A stretch of DNA of 64,000 nt, taken from positions 6,283 to 70,282 of the forward strand of contig JAJYKS010000003.1 of the NCBI GenBank assembly GCA_021788365.1, read 5' to 3'. The notes under the pieces are model-generated. The model saw only the letters and a list, made by a program, of their open reading frames with translations, was not told the DNA's origin and made no database searches. The DNA is from a bacterium (lineage in GTDB: Bacteria > Patescibacteriota > Microgenomatia > UBA1400 > UBA12108). Shown here piece by piece: positions 55,793 to 64,000 of this stretch (position 1 is its first letter; each line of letters begins with the position of its first letter). Made by a program: the position numbers and the translations under genes.

Positions 55793-55883
55793 CCCAAACG
55801 CAAAACTCGGTCTATCTCCGCCTGGTGGCGGAGCGACCTAGAACTCGGGCTACCCGCCACTGCGTTGTGTTTTGCAACTTGTG
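55793..55883 (+). ncRNA. Copy 3 of the conserved ~91-93 nt 3'-UTR element
   Basis: Hairpin arms are ctccgcc/ggcggag, a second compensatory variant. It starts 21 nt after the sufB stop. Confidence 0.5.
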
Positions 55884-55961
55884 GGCTTTGCAATGATTGT
55901 TTACTGTTTGATTTTGTTTTTTGTAGCGTAAAAACAGGACAACCCAACCGAGGTCACGTGT

Positions 55962-56432
55962 ATGAATAGAGCTGTTATAAGGTATGACCAGCCAGGGGAG
56001 TGGGAAGTGAAGATCCCGTTTGCAAAAATGGGAGAGGAAAAGGAATGGGTGGGGGTGGTGAAAGCAATGACACCAGGTACCTACAACCTGTCCGTCACGG
56101 CGGAGCATAGTGCGCGGGGCACGCGGGGAAGGATTACGGTAAAAGCTGTGGCTGCGAAGGGTGCAACGGTGAACATTCAAGGGATGATAAAGATATACAA
56201 AGCGGCGCAGCAGACTGATGATTTTTTAGAACTACGTGTCCTAACGCTTGATCCTTCAGCGCGGGCGACGGCAGAGCCAAAACTCGAGATAGAAGCGGAT
56301 GATGTGAGGGCGTCGCATGCCGCGTCGGTCGGGCCGGTTGATCCCGAACAACTCCTGTACCTTATGTCGCGCGGTTTGGGTGAGGAGCAGGCAAAAGAGA
56401 GCATTGTAGACGGGTTCCTACAGATAACGTAG
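55962..56432 (+). CDS. Short SufD-like protein (C-terminal beta-helix region only)
   Basis: 156 aa ending DPEQLLYLMSRGLGEEQAKESIVDGFL, the SufB/SufD C-terminal signature. The N-terminal two-thirds of a normal SufD are absent. Confidence 0.45.
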   Translation: MNRAVIRYDQPGEWEVKIPFAKMGEEKEWVGVVKAMTPGTYNLSVTAEHSARGTRGRITVKAVAAKGATVNIQGMIKIYKAAQQTDDFLELRVLTLDPSARATAEPKLEIEADDVRASHAASVGPVDPEQLLYLMSRGLGEEQAKESIVDGFLQIT

Positions 56433-56454
56433 CCCCTGGTGATAAAATTAGGAC

Positions 56455-57681
56455 ATGTTTGATCCACAGTTAATTCGTAAAGATTTTCCCATTCTCTCGC
56501 GGGAGGTGAATGGCAAGCCACTCGTGTACTTGGATAGTGCGGCGACCTCACAGAAACCACGGCAAGTGCTGGACGCGGAGCGAGAGTATTACGAACACCA
56601 AAATGCGAACGTGCACCGCGGGGCACACACACTTGGAGACGAATCGACTCATTTGTTGGACGTAGCGAGGGAGAAAGTACAGCTCTTTATCGTCGCTCCT
56701 AGAAAAGAAGAGATCATTTTTGTTCGTAATACTACGGAGGCAATTAACCTGGTCGCGTACTCGTGGGGGAGCGGGTATTTAGCGAAAGATGATGTGGTCG
56801 TCACTACCGTGATGGAGCACCACTCCAACATGGTCCCGTGGCAGAGTGCAGCGGAGCGGAGGGGAGCAAAAGTAGAAGTTGTCGGTCTTACGGAAAGCGG
56901 GCAGATAGACATGAAAGATTACCGGAAAAAACTAGAGCTAAAACCGAAGCTGGTAGCATTTGCCCACGTGTCCAATACATTGGGGACGGTAAACCCCGTT
57001 GCCGAGATGACAAAGCTCGCACATAAGGCTGGAGCATTGGTGCTTGTGGACGGGGCGCAGGCCGTGCCGCATATGCCGGTTAATGTTGCGGCGTTGGGAT
57101 GTGACTTTTACGTGTTTTCTGGCCACAAAATGCTGGGGCCGATGGGTGTCGGTGTTTTGTGGGGTAGGAAAGAGCTCTTAGAAGCAATGCCACCGTTTCT
57201 CACTGGCGGGGGCATGATAGACGAGGTGTATCCTGACCACGCGACGTGGGCGGCGTTACCTGACAAATTTGAGGCAGGGACACCAAACGTTGCCGGGGCC
57301 GTTGGTTTCACGAGCGCGATCGATTACCTGGAGAAACTGAGTATGAAGGATGTATGGGAGCATGACCGGGAGCTCGTTGCCTATGCTTTGCAGCGGCTAT
57401 CCACTGTCCCAGAAGTCAAAATACTCGGAATACGGGATAGCGAGATGCGAAGTGGGAGCGTAGCGTTTGTTTATAGCGGTGTGCATGCACACGACGTTGC
57501 AACAATTTTGGACTCTGAAGGGATAGCGGTCCGTTCTGGTCATCATTGTACGATGCCGCTCCATTCCTCCATGGGTGTGGCGGCCTCAGTACGAGCCAGT
57601 TTTAGCGTGTATACGACAAAAGATGATATCGATGCTTTAATTACCGCGCTTGAGAAAGTAAAAAAAGTATTTAATACATAA
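56455..57681 (+). CDS. sufS: Cysteine desulfurase SufS
   Basis: VYLDSAATSQKP, the PLP-Lys region FSGHKMLGPMGVGVLWG, and the C-terminal Cys loop RSGHHCTMP. Confidence 0.9.
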   Translation: MFDPQLIRKDFPILSREVNGKPLVYLDSAATSQKPRQVLDAEREYYEHQNANVHRGAHTLGDESTHLLDVAREKVQLFIVAPRKEEIIFVRNTTEAINLVAYSWGSGYLAKDDVVVTTVMEHHSNMVPWQSAAERRGAKVEVVGLTESGQIDMKDYRKKLELKPKLVAFAHVSNTLGTVNPVAEMTKLAHKAGALVLVDGAQAVPHMPVNVAALGCDFYVFSGHKMLGPMGVGVLWGRKELLEAMPPFLTGGGMIDEVYPDHATWAALPDKFEAGTPNVAGAVGFTSAIDYLEKLSMKDVWEHDRELVAYALQRLSTVPEVKILGIRDSEMRSGSVAFVYSGVHAHDVATILDSEGIAVRSGHHCTMPLHSSMGVAASVRASFSVYTTKDDIDALITALEKVKKVFNT

Positions 57682-57684
57682 TAT

Positions 57685-58050
57685 ATGGATATCTACCGCG
57701 AAGAAGTACTCGACCACTACAAAACTCCGCGAAATCAGGGGAAGCTTGTGGGGGATGATGTGCTCACTGCGAGTGGGGCAAATTCATCTTGTGGGGATAG
57801 CATTAAAGTTTACTTAAGAGTGACAGAGGGAAAAATAGACGAGGTGCGGTGGGAGGGGAGTGGGTGCGCGATAAGTACCGCGGCAGCGTCAAAGCTGTCG
57901 CAGTATTTGCAGGGAAAAACAGTGAAAGCGCTCACGAAAATGAGCGAAGACGAGCTGACGAGAGAGGCAATCGGCCTGAAAGTAAACCCAGGAAGGCTCA
58001 AGTGTTTGATGCTACCGGCGACGGTTGTACGGAAGCTTTTGGGAAATTGA
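57685..58050 (+). CDS. sufU: SufU/IscU-like sulfur acceptor
   Basis: YKTPRNQGKL...SCGDSIKVYL...GSGCAISTAAAS carries the three conserved Cys. Confidence 0.8.
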   Translation: MDIYREEVLDHYKTPRNQGKLVGDDVLTASGANSSCGDSIKVYLRVTEGKIDEVRWEGSGCAISTAAASKLSQYLQGKTVKALTKMSEDELTREAIGLKVNPGRLKCLMLPATVVRKLLGN

Positions 58051-59104
58051 GGTTGGGAAGGCGATCGATGGTGGCGGGGTTGGCAAAATCACCGCGGAGA
58101 TATTGATGGTAGGCTGCGACACCAATCATGGCAGCGTTGTCGGTGAAGAGTTTTTTGGTATAGGGGATGAATGTCGGTATCCCACATTCTTTGGCGACCG
58201 CGCGAGTGAGGGTGCGGAGCGCAACGTTGCTGACGACACCACCGCCTAGGAGAATCATTTCGGGTGAGTAGAGGTCTATCGCTCGGCGGAAGCGCTTCAT
58301 AAGATGTTTGAATACAGCTACCTGGAAGCTCGCTGCGAAGTCGGCGACGAACTCCTTAGTTAACTCTGGCTTTTCCCGTTCTAGGAAGTAGCGCACTTGG
58401 GTTTTTAAGCCGGAGAAACTAAAGTTTAGATCTTTCCGCGTCGTCATGGGTTCGGGGAGGTGATATTTTGGCGTGCCGACTTTGGCGAGCTCTGCCACGA
58501 TGGGGCCACCGGGATAGCCAAGCTGCAGCATGCGCCCGACTTTGTCATAGGCCTCACCGGCGGCGTCGTCCAGCGTCTCACCTATAAGTTCGTAATCACC
58601 GATACCTCGCATTAAAACGAGCTCTGTGTGACCGCCGGAAATGAGAAATCCTAAAGCAGGATAGGTTGCATACCTGGTACGTGATCTGGTGATTTTGGTG
58701 TTAGGAGTTGCAAAACTACTTAACAGATGGCCCTCCATGTGGTTGGCGGCGATAAGGGGGAGCGACCATTTCTCTGCCAATTCTTTAGCATACGCGATAC
58801 CCTGCTCTAGAGAGGGGGCGAGGCCGGGACCAACCGTTACTGCTATCGCAGTAACGCAATTTTCATTTTTCAGTTTACAATTTTCAAATTTGAACCCTGC
58901 TTTTCGCATGGCGAGGTCGACAACTTTTGGCAACCACTCGTGGTGCAAACGACGTGCGATGTCGGGGACGGTGCCACCCCACTCGGCATGATAGCGGGTT
59001 TGGGAGGAGACGACACTGCTTATGACGCGCGTGCCACGGGTGACGGCGGCGCACGTGTCGTCGAGACTCGTCTCGATAGATAAAATAGTTGGTTCTTTCG
59101 TCAT
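57998..59104 (-). CDS. tsaD: tRNA N6-adenosine threonylcarbamoyltransferase TsaD (Kae1/YgjD), with a 12-aa in-frame heptamer-repeat insertion
   Basis: ILSIETSLDDTCAAV, HMEGHLLSS, LISGGHTEL and GVVSNVALR motifs. The peptide KFENCKLKNENC (58858-58896) is encoded by the AATTTTC repeat and is absent from E. coli TsaD at that point. Confidence 0.85.
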   Translation of the reverse strand: MTKEPTILSIETSLDDTCAAVTRGTRVISSVVSSQTRYHAEWGGTVPDIARRLHHEWLPKVVDLAMRKAGFKFENCKLKNENCVTAIAVTVGPGLAPSLEQGIAYAKELAEKWSLPLIAANHMEGHLLSSFATPNTKITRSRTRYATYPALGFLISGGHTELVLMRGIGDYELIGETLDDAAGEAYDKVGRMLQLGYPGGPIVAELAKVGTPKYHLPEPMTTRKDLNFSFSGLKTQVRYFLEREKPELTKEFVADFAASFQVAVFKHLMKRFRRAIDLYSPEMILLGGGVVSNVALRTLTRAVAKECGIPTFIPYTKKLFTDNAAMIGVAAYHQYLRGDFANPATIDRLPNLNFPKASVQPSPVASNT

Positions 59105-59388
59105 AATCGCATATTATATCTGGATTTTTATTTTTAGTGCGGTCTCGGCCTCACTTGCCGAGTCCATTTTCTTGATTCTCGTCAAGAAAATGAACCAAAA
59201 GAAACGAGCTCGCAGGCTCGCTAAAATTATCAGGTTCATGGGTATGGACAAGATTTTCTGGTGACCGTCTCGCTCCACTCGACTTCGTCACCAGACGCAT
59301 TTGTCCATATTTAAAGTTGTATTCACCTGACAATTTTCTGACGCTCACGCTGCGAGATTGTATGGACGGCAGCTGGTACAATGTGCTC

Positions 59389-59763
59389 ATGACTGATTGT
59401 ATTTTCTGCAAAATAGTGGCGGGGGAGATACCCAGCTATAAAATATATGAAGATGAGAAATATCTGGCTTTTTTGGATATTATGCCGTGGTGTGAGGGAC
59501 ACACGCTTGTAATCCCCAAGCAACATGTGCAGTGGGTGTGGGACTATGAAAATGTTGGCGAGTACTTTGAGGTGGTACGGAAAATTGCAAAACATTTAGG
59601 TAGAGTAAGTGGGGAGGAAGTGGTTAGGTCCAATATCGATGGCTGGGAAGTGCCCCATGCACATATTCACGTCAAACCGGGAAAGAATAACGGAATGAAG
59701 GGTGAGCAAATTGCTCCCGAAGAAATGGAGAAAATCCGCGCGAAGTTTACGATGCTGTCATGA
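59389..59763 (+). CDS. HIT-family hydrolase
   Basis: CIFCKIVAGEIPSYKIYEDEKYLAFLDI and HxHxH (HAHIHV). Confidence 0.75.
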   Translation: MTDCIFCKIVAGEIPSYKIYEDEKYLAFLDIMPWCEGHTLVIPKQHVQWVWDYENVGEYFEVVRKIAKHLGRVSGEEVVRSNIDGWEVPHAHIHVKPGKNNGMKGEQIAPEEMEKIRAKFTMLS

Positions 59764-60852
59764 CCACTCAGGTGTGGAGAAGCTGTAGGTAATTTTTCTG
59801 GTTTGGTCGTCTAATTCTTTGATATCGATCAAAAGAATGGGATAATCGTTTTTGTACTGCTCGAGTGTGCTCTTGGCTTTACCAGCCCATTCCATGGCGA
59901 TAATGTTTCCCGGCGCAAGAAGCGAGGAAAAGTGGAGGGTAGACTCCAGCTCGTCCATGTCTCCCAGTCGCCAAGTATCGATGTGATAGAAGACGCCGGC
60001 GTATTTGGGTAGTGTGTACGGATATTCATGAAGAAGTGTATACGTAGGAGAGGCAACGGTTTCGCTCACGCCGAGCGCTGTGGCTATCCCTTTACTAAAT
60101 TGGGTTTTACCGGCACCGAGCTCTCCTTGTAGGGCAATGATGAGTGGATACTTGTGAAGGAGATTTAAGTATTTGCGGGTGAGCTGACTGGCAAAGGCGA
60201 TGGTCTCTTTGGCAGAGTGGGTGGAGAGGCTGGGGGAGGACAGGGGAAGCGTAATTTCACCTTGGCGTAGCACCTCCGGAGAATTCAGGGTAGTGTCTAC
60301 CACGGTGCTGGTGGGACGCTCTACGAGTTTGCCCCCGTCGAGAAAAAGGCTGACCAGACCTTGCTTCTCCCCCGTCGTATATTTTTGCCAGTCGTCCAAA
60401 CTGTATGGCTCTTTTTTGCCGCTGGTGTTGGCGCTGGTTGCCGTCACGGGTTTGCCATAGACGCGAACGAGTTCGAGGGCAAACAAGTAATCGGGAATCC
60501 GAACTCCAAGCGTACCCTCCGCAGATTCTAGCCGTGCGTCGAGCTTGTGAAGGCTTTGGGAAATTACCGTCATCGGGCCGGGGAGGAAATTTTGGTATAG
60601 GTTGTCGGCCATGGCGTTTATCTCGACGTATTCTTTGGCCATCGTGCGGCTCTCGACAGCTATTGAAACCTGGCGGTGGCGGTCGCCTTTATACGCGAGG
60701 AGCCTAGTGACTGCTTCCGCGTTTGTTGCATCGGCGGCAATGCCATAGCACGTCTCCGTGGGGAAAATGACCAATTCTCCACGCCCTAGGACTTGGCAGG
60801 CAAGATGGATAGCATTTGAGTCTTTGGTATTTACAATCTGCATACGTGACAC
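59758..60852 (-). CDS. Fused TsaC (YrdC/Sua5, threonylcarbamoyl-AMP synthase) and TsaE (YjeE P-loop) protein
   Basis: The N-terminal half has the YrdC fold (ELVIFPTETCYGIAADA). The C-terminal half has the TsaE motifs LQGELGAGKTQFSKGIA, SPTYTLL and HIDTWRL. Confidence 0.65.
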   Translation of the reverse strand: MSRMQIVNTKDSNAIHLACQVLGRGELVIFPTETCYGIAADATNAEAVTRLLAYKGDRHRQVSIAVESRTMAKEYVEINAMADNLYQNFLPGPMTVISQSLHKLDARLESAEGTLGVRIPDYLFALELVRVYGKPVTATSANTSGKKEPYSLDDWQKYTTGEKQGLVSLFLDGGKLVERPTSTVVDTTLNSPEVLRQGEITLPLSSPSLSTHSAKETIAFASQLTRKYLNLLHKYPLIIALQGELGAGKTQFSKGIATALGVSETVASPTYTLLHEYPYTLPKYAGVFYHIDTWRLGDMDELESTLHFSSLLAPGNIIAMEWAGKAKSTLEQYKNDYPILLIDIKELDDQTRKITYSFSTPEWS

Positions 60853-60881
60853 AGATATTCTAACAGGGTAGGATCAAAGCT

Positions 60882-62114
60882 ATGTGGAGACGTTGGTTTG
60901 CACGTGTGGATCAAGTCTGGCTTGAGGTAACGGCGTTTTTATCTATCTTGTTTTTTGTTTTTCTTGCTGATGCTGTTTTTTCGGATTTTGTTCCGGCGTT
61001 TATGCAGCGAGTTCTTGGCAGCCCTCTCGTTATGGGAATCGTTATGTCTACCTCGTCTGCTGCTGGGCTTGTTTTAGATCTTCTTTTTGCAAAACTGTTG
61101 CGGGGAACTAGTTTGCGCCGCATGGTACTGTATGCGATAGCGGGGTGTATGGCGTTTGGCACTTTGCTCATGTTTGCAACTGTGCGTCCCTGGCTCATCA
61201 TACTCATCCCGGCAATGATGGTGTGGGGGCTCTACTATGAATTTTTTGGATTTTCCGGGCAGAAGTTTGTCGTAGATACTGTTGTACGAGATAAACGATC
61301 GATGGTATGGGGAGTGATGTTTACCATACAGAGTTTGGCGTATGCTTTAGGACCACTCTTGTCCGAATGGCTTTTACAGTTTGGAGATCGCGTGGTCATC
61401 GGTGTTGCGTTGGTTATGATATTTTTAGGTGTTTTTTTGTTTTTACTCTTGCACTTACCGACGCGAGAGCCAACAATCGATATTGTTGACGTTACCCTTC
61501 GGTCCGAATTGTCTCATTGGCGTGTGCTGTTTTTGCATATGTGGCCAATCCTTGTACTGTCAGTTCTTTTAGGATTGGTGGATGCAACATTTTGGACGAC
61601 GGGAACTGTTGTAACTGACGAACTTGCAAAACAGAGTGCTGCAGGGTCGTTTTTCCTTACGACATATATGATTCCTTCGCTACTCGTTGGTTTTGTGTTG
61701 GCACGGTGGCATATTGTGGTGGGAAAGAAGAAGCGGGCCGAGTGGCTGGTTCTCCTAAATGGCCTTATCTTGGCGGGTATGTTCCTTTTCCATTCTGTGT
61801 GGTGGTACCTGATAGTCGTTTTTGTTTCATCGTTTCTCAATGGGATCGCATGGCCGCTTGTCAACGCTGTTTATACTGACCTTCTCGCACGTGCGGGGCG
61901 GGAGCGTAAGCATATGATGGGCCTCCAGAATTCTACGTCTGACATTGCGTATGTCGTGGGGCCAATTCTTGCCGGATGGTTGGCACAAGTATTTGGCGAA
62001 CTTGGGTCATTTATTGCCTTGGGATGGATTGTTGCAGCGGTGTCACTATTCCTCCTTTTTGTAACGCCAAAGAAGCTGAAATTACCACAAACGGAGATCG
62101 CTTCCTGGGAATAA
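60882..62114 (+). CDS. MFS transporter
   Basis: 410 aa with 12 predicted TM helices. Confidence 0.65.
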   Translation: MWRRWFARVDQVWLEVTAFLSILFFVFLADAVFSDFVPAFMQRVLGSPLVMGIVMSTSSAAGLVLDLLFAKLLRGTSLRRMVLYAIAGCMAFGTLLMFATVRPWLIILIPAMMVWGLYYEFFGFSGQKFVVDTVVRDKRSMVWGVMFTIQSLAYALGPLLSEWLLQFGDRVVIGVALVMIFLGVFLFLLLHLPTREPTIDIVDVTLRSELSHWRVLFLHMWPILVLSVLLGLVDATFWTTGTVVTDELAKQSAAGSFFLTTYMIPSLLVGFVLARWHIVVGKKKRAEWLVLLNGLILAGMFLFHSVWWYLIVVFVSSFLNGIAWPLVNAVYTDLLARAGRERKHMMGLQNSTSDIAYVVGPILAGWLAQVFGELGSFIALGWIVAAVSLFLLFVTPKKLKLPQTEIASWE

Positions 62115-62129
62115 GTTATAATCGCAAGC

Positions 62130-62867
62130 ATGGAATTTCCTAAACCACAAAAATATACAGCAAGAGTCTCCGATAGCTACTACGTGACCGACAATAGGCA
62201 CTTCCTCCTTGTAAAGTTTGAGCTAACGTCGCCTGATAGATTCGAGTTTTCTGCTGGACAATACGTGTCTATTCGCATCGACGAGGCGGGCAATCGCCGT
62301 AGCTACTCTATTGCCAGTTCTCCAGATGACACCCATGGTTTTACCATACTTGCTGAGATGATACCCGCTGGCGTGGGGAGTTCATTTTTAGCCGCCCTTG
62401 TCCCTGGAGATGGGGTGGAAGTACTTGCCCCACTTGGGAGATTTGTTGTTGATTCTACACAGCTTTTGCCAGACAGTAAACTTCTTTTTGTGGCGACTGG
62501 GAGTGGTATTGCTCCAGCCTATTCCATGATTAACGACCTCCTTGTTAATAAACATGAGACGCGTCCAATGCGACTCCATTGGGGGATGCGTGGCGAGGAA
62601 AATCTTTTTTGGTTCGATAACTTTATGCGTCTTGCCGAAGAACATGCTAACTTTGTCTTTGATCCCGTTCTCTCCCATCCCTCTGAGGACTGGGATCTAT
62701 GTACGGGACATGTCCAGGACTGCCTATCGCGCGACTTTGCAGAGGAACGACTTGTTGGTTGGCATGCTTATATTTGTGGTAATCCGAACATGGTAGAGGA
62801 GGTGTCTGCTCTCGTTCTCTCGCTTGGCGTGCAACAGGATGCAATACATACGGAGAAGTTCTCATGA
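62130..62867 (+). CDS. Ferredoxin-NADP+ reductase-family FAD/NAD(P)-binding oxidoreductase
   Basis: RRSYSIASSP (RxYS FAD motif), GSGIAP (NAD(P) motif), and a C-terminal aromatic residue. Confidence 0.7.
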   Translation: MEFPKPQKYTARVSDSYYVTDNRHFLLVKFELTSPDRFEFSAGQYVSIRIDEAGNRRSYSIASSPDDTHGFTILAEMIPAGVGSSFLAALVPGDGVEVLAPLGRFVVDSTQLLPDSKLLFVATGSGIAPAYSMINDLLVNKHETRPMRLHWGMRGEENLFWFDNFMRLAEEHANFVFDPVLSHPSEDWDLCTGHVQDCLSRDFAEERLVGWHAYICGNPNMVEEVSALVLSLGVQQDAIHTEKFS

Positions 62868-63037
62868 GCTATAGAACTATACGCTGTGAGCATTGTCATA
62901 ACGACTTTGTATGGAGCAGGGAGGAGCAGGAACTTTACGCGAAACGGGGACTACCCGACCCAAAGTACTGCCCCATTTGTCGTGGTATTATGGAGGCTCG
63001 TGAGCGGGACAGTGCAAGGAAGAAATATGAGCGATGA
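62864..63037 (+). CDS. Small Cys4 zinc-ribbon protein (not in the ORF track; 57 aa), ATGA-coupled to the upstream gene
   Basis: MSYRTIRCEHCHNDFVWSREEQELYAKRGLPDPKYCPICRGIMEARERDSARKKYER has CxxC...CxxC. Its stop overlaps the ferredoxin ATG. Confidence 0.35.
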   Translation: MSYRTIRCEHCHNDFVWSREEQELYAKRGLPDPKYCPICRGIMEARERDSARKKYER

Positions 63038-63281
63038 CCCAAAACTTATTCGGCAAATCGGTAAATACCGAGTAGTGCTGGTGCAGTCGAAGTGTATTGC
63101 GGCTGCCTCGTGCGTGGCTATTTCTCCAGCTGTTTATAAGCTTAATGAGCAAAACTTGGTTGAGTTTCTCGATAACCCGCAGGACGAAGAGGACAATATA
63201 CTCCTTGCAGCGCAGAGCTGTCCGACTGGTGCGATCGAGATATATGAGGGTGAAACACGAGTTTGGCCACCCGAATCGTAA
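63026..63281 (+). CDS. Small ferredoxin-like Fe-S protein
   Basis: VVLVQSKCIAAASCVAISPAVYK...AAQSCPTGAIEI has a Cys spacing typical of single-cluster ferredoxins. The start is taken at MSDDPK. Confidence 0.5.
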
Positions 63282-63293
63282 CGAAGGGGTATA

Positions 63294-63926
63294 GTGGGAT
63301 ATATGAATACCAAATCAGTCATCGTTTTCGTCGTTGCTACCATTGTTGTGTTGGTTGGGGTCGTTGGTCTTTTGTGGCAATTTGGCGGTACGACGGCGAG
63401 TACTACAAAACCGATCGCGGATGTCGCCGGCCAGATGCTCCACAAACAGGGGGATGGGCCGGTTGTTGTCACCGAGTTTTCTGACTTTCAGTGTCCAGCG
63501 TGCCAGGCCGTACATGAGCCATTGAAGCAGCTTCTTGCCAAGTATTCCGGCAAGGTTACGTTTGTGTATCGATACTTCCCTTTGACTAATATTCATAAGA
63601 ACGCCATGCTTTCCGCACAAGCAGCGGAAGCGGCTGGGCGGCAAGGCAAATTCTGGGAGATGGGCGACCTCCTCTTTTCCAAGCAAACAGAGTGGGAGGG
63701 GATAGCCGATCCGCACGCAACCTTTATCCAATATGCCGCAAGCCTTGGCCTTGACCAGGCAAAGTTTGCCGCGGATTTGGACTCTTCTAATGTAAAGGAC
63801 GCAGTAACGACGGATTTGACTGCGGCAACAAAATACAATCTGCAGGGGACGCCGACTATTTTTGTGAATGGTGTGCAGACGGACTTTGCTAACCTCGACG
63901 CAGCTATAACTCAAGCAGCTAAGTGA
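63294..63926 (+). CDS. DsbA-like thiol:disulfide oxidoreductase (membrane-anchored)
   Basis: An N-terminal TM helix and VVTEFSDFQCPACQA (CPAC active site), thioredoxin fold. Confidence 0.75.
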   Translation: MGYMNTKSVIVFVVATIVVLVGVVGLLWQFGGTTASTTKPIADVAGQMLHKQGDGPVVVTEFSDFQCPACQAVHEPLKQLLAKYSGKVTFVYRYFPLTNIHKNAMLSAQAAEAAGRQGKFWEMGDLLFSKQTEWEGIADPHATFIQYAASLGLDQAKFAADLDSSNVKDAVTTDLTAATKYNLQGTPTIFVNGVQTDFANLDAAITQAAK

Positions 63927-63971
63927 TCCGGTTTGTGGTAGAGCGCAGTATTTTTCCAGATTAGAGGTCTA

Positions 63972-64000
63972 TTGACACTAGGGTTCCACCAGGGTATAAC
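63972..64000 (+). promoter_or_regulatory. Canonical sigma-70 promoter at the window end (TTGACA-N17-TATAAC)
   Basis: ttgaca at 63972-63977, a 17-nt spacer, and tataac at 63995-64000, reading into the sequence beyond the window. Confidence 0.45.

Noticed and set aside
55769-55969. 66-aa ORF (and similar ORF-track peptides at 38416-38619, 32728-32934, 32918-33142, and minus-strand 38323-38736 and 55729-55947) overlapping the three copies of the 91-93-nt element, which could be read as a small conserved protein
   Set aside because: The reading frame is not conserved between copies (copy 1 has a 1-nt indel, and the ORFs fall in different frames and strands). The stem substitutions are compensatory at the nucleotide level, which fits an RNA/DNA structural element rather than a peptide.

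Overview
This 64 kb window looks like the chromosomal replication-origin region of a small, streamlined genome. Gene content and style suggest a Patescibacteria/CPR (Saccharibacteria-like) organism, but that is inference from gene content only. The origin context is rpmH-rnpA-yidD-yidC-jag on the minus strand, then dnaA and dnaN on the plus strand, with DnaA boxes on both sides of dnaA. A large minus-strand cluster follows (about 8.6-27 kb) that I read as a type IV secretion / conjugative-pilus-like system. It contains a VirB4-like ATPase, a PrgI/VirB3-like protein, a CHAP-domain cell-wall hydrolase, a VirB6-like polytopic membrane protein, very large secreted proteins, and a tandem array of seven paralogous VirB2/TrbC-like pilin genes. 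An ECF sigma/anti-sigma operon is divergently transcribed next to the array, and a second mini pilin locus lies at about 33-34 kb. The rest is housekeeping: an isoprenoid operon (idi-mvk-pmk-mvd-uppS), smpB with a convergent candidate tmRNA, comF, glgA/glgP, two class-II tRNAs, a P-type ATPase, glycolytic genes, a Rrf2-regulated suf operon, and t6A genes (tsaD plus a tsaC-tsaE fusion). Several non-genic signals recur: a 91-93 nt 3'-UTR element in three copies whose hairpin co-varies; a dispersed (AATTTTC)n heptamer repeat inserted in-frame into at least three genes; 8-bp-periodic GTCGGC arrays just upstream of TATACT -10 boxes; and a pervasive leaderless-mRNA promoter architecture (TGn-extended -10 box 6-9 nt before the ATG). 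All calls are from manual reading of the sequence and ORF track; no database searches were run.
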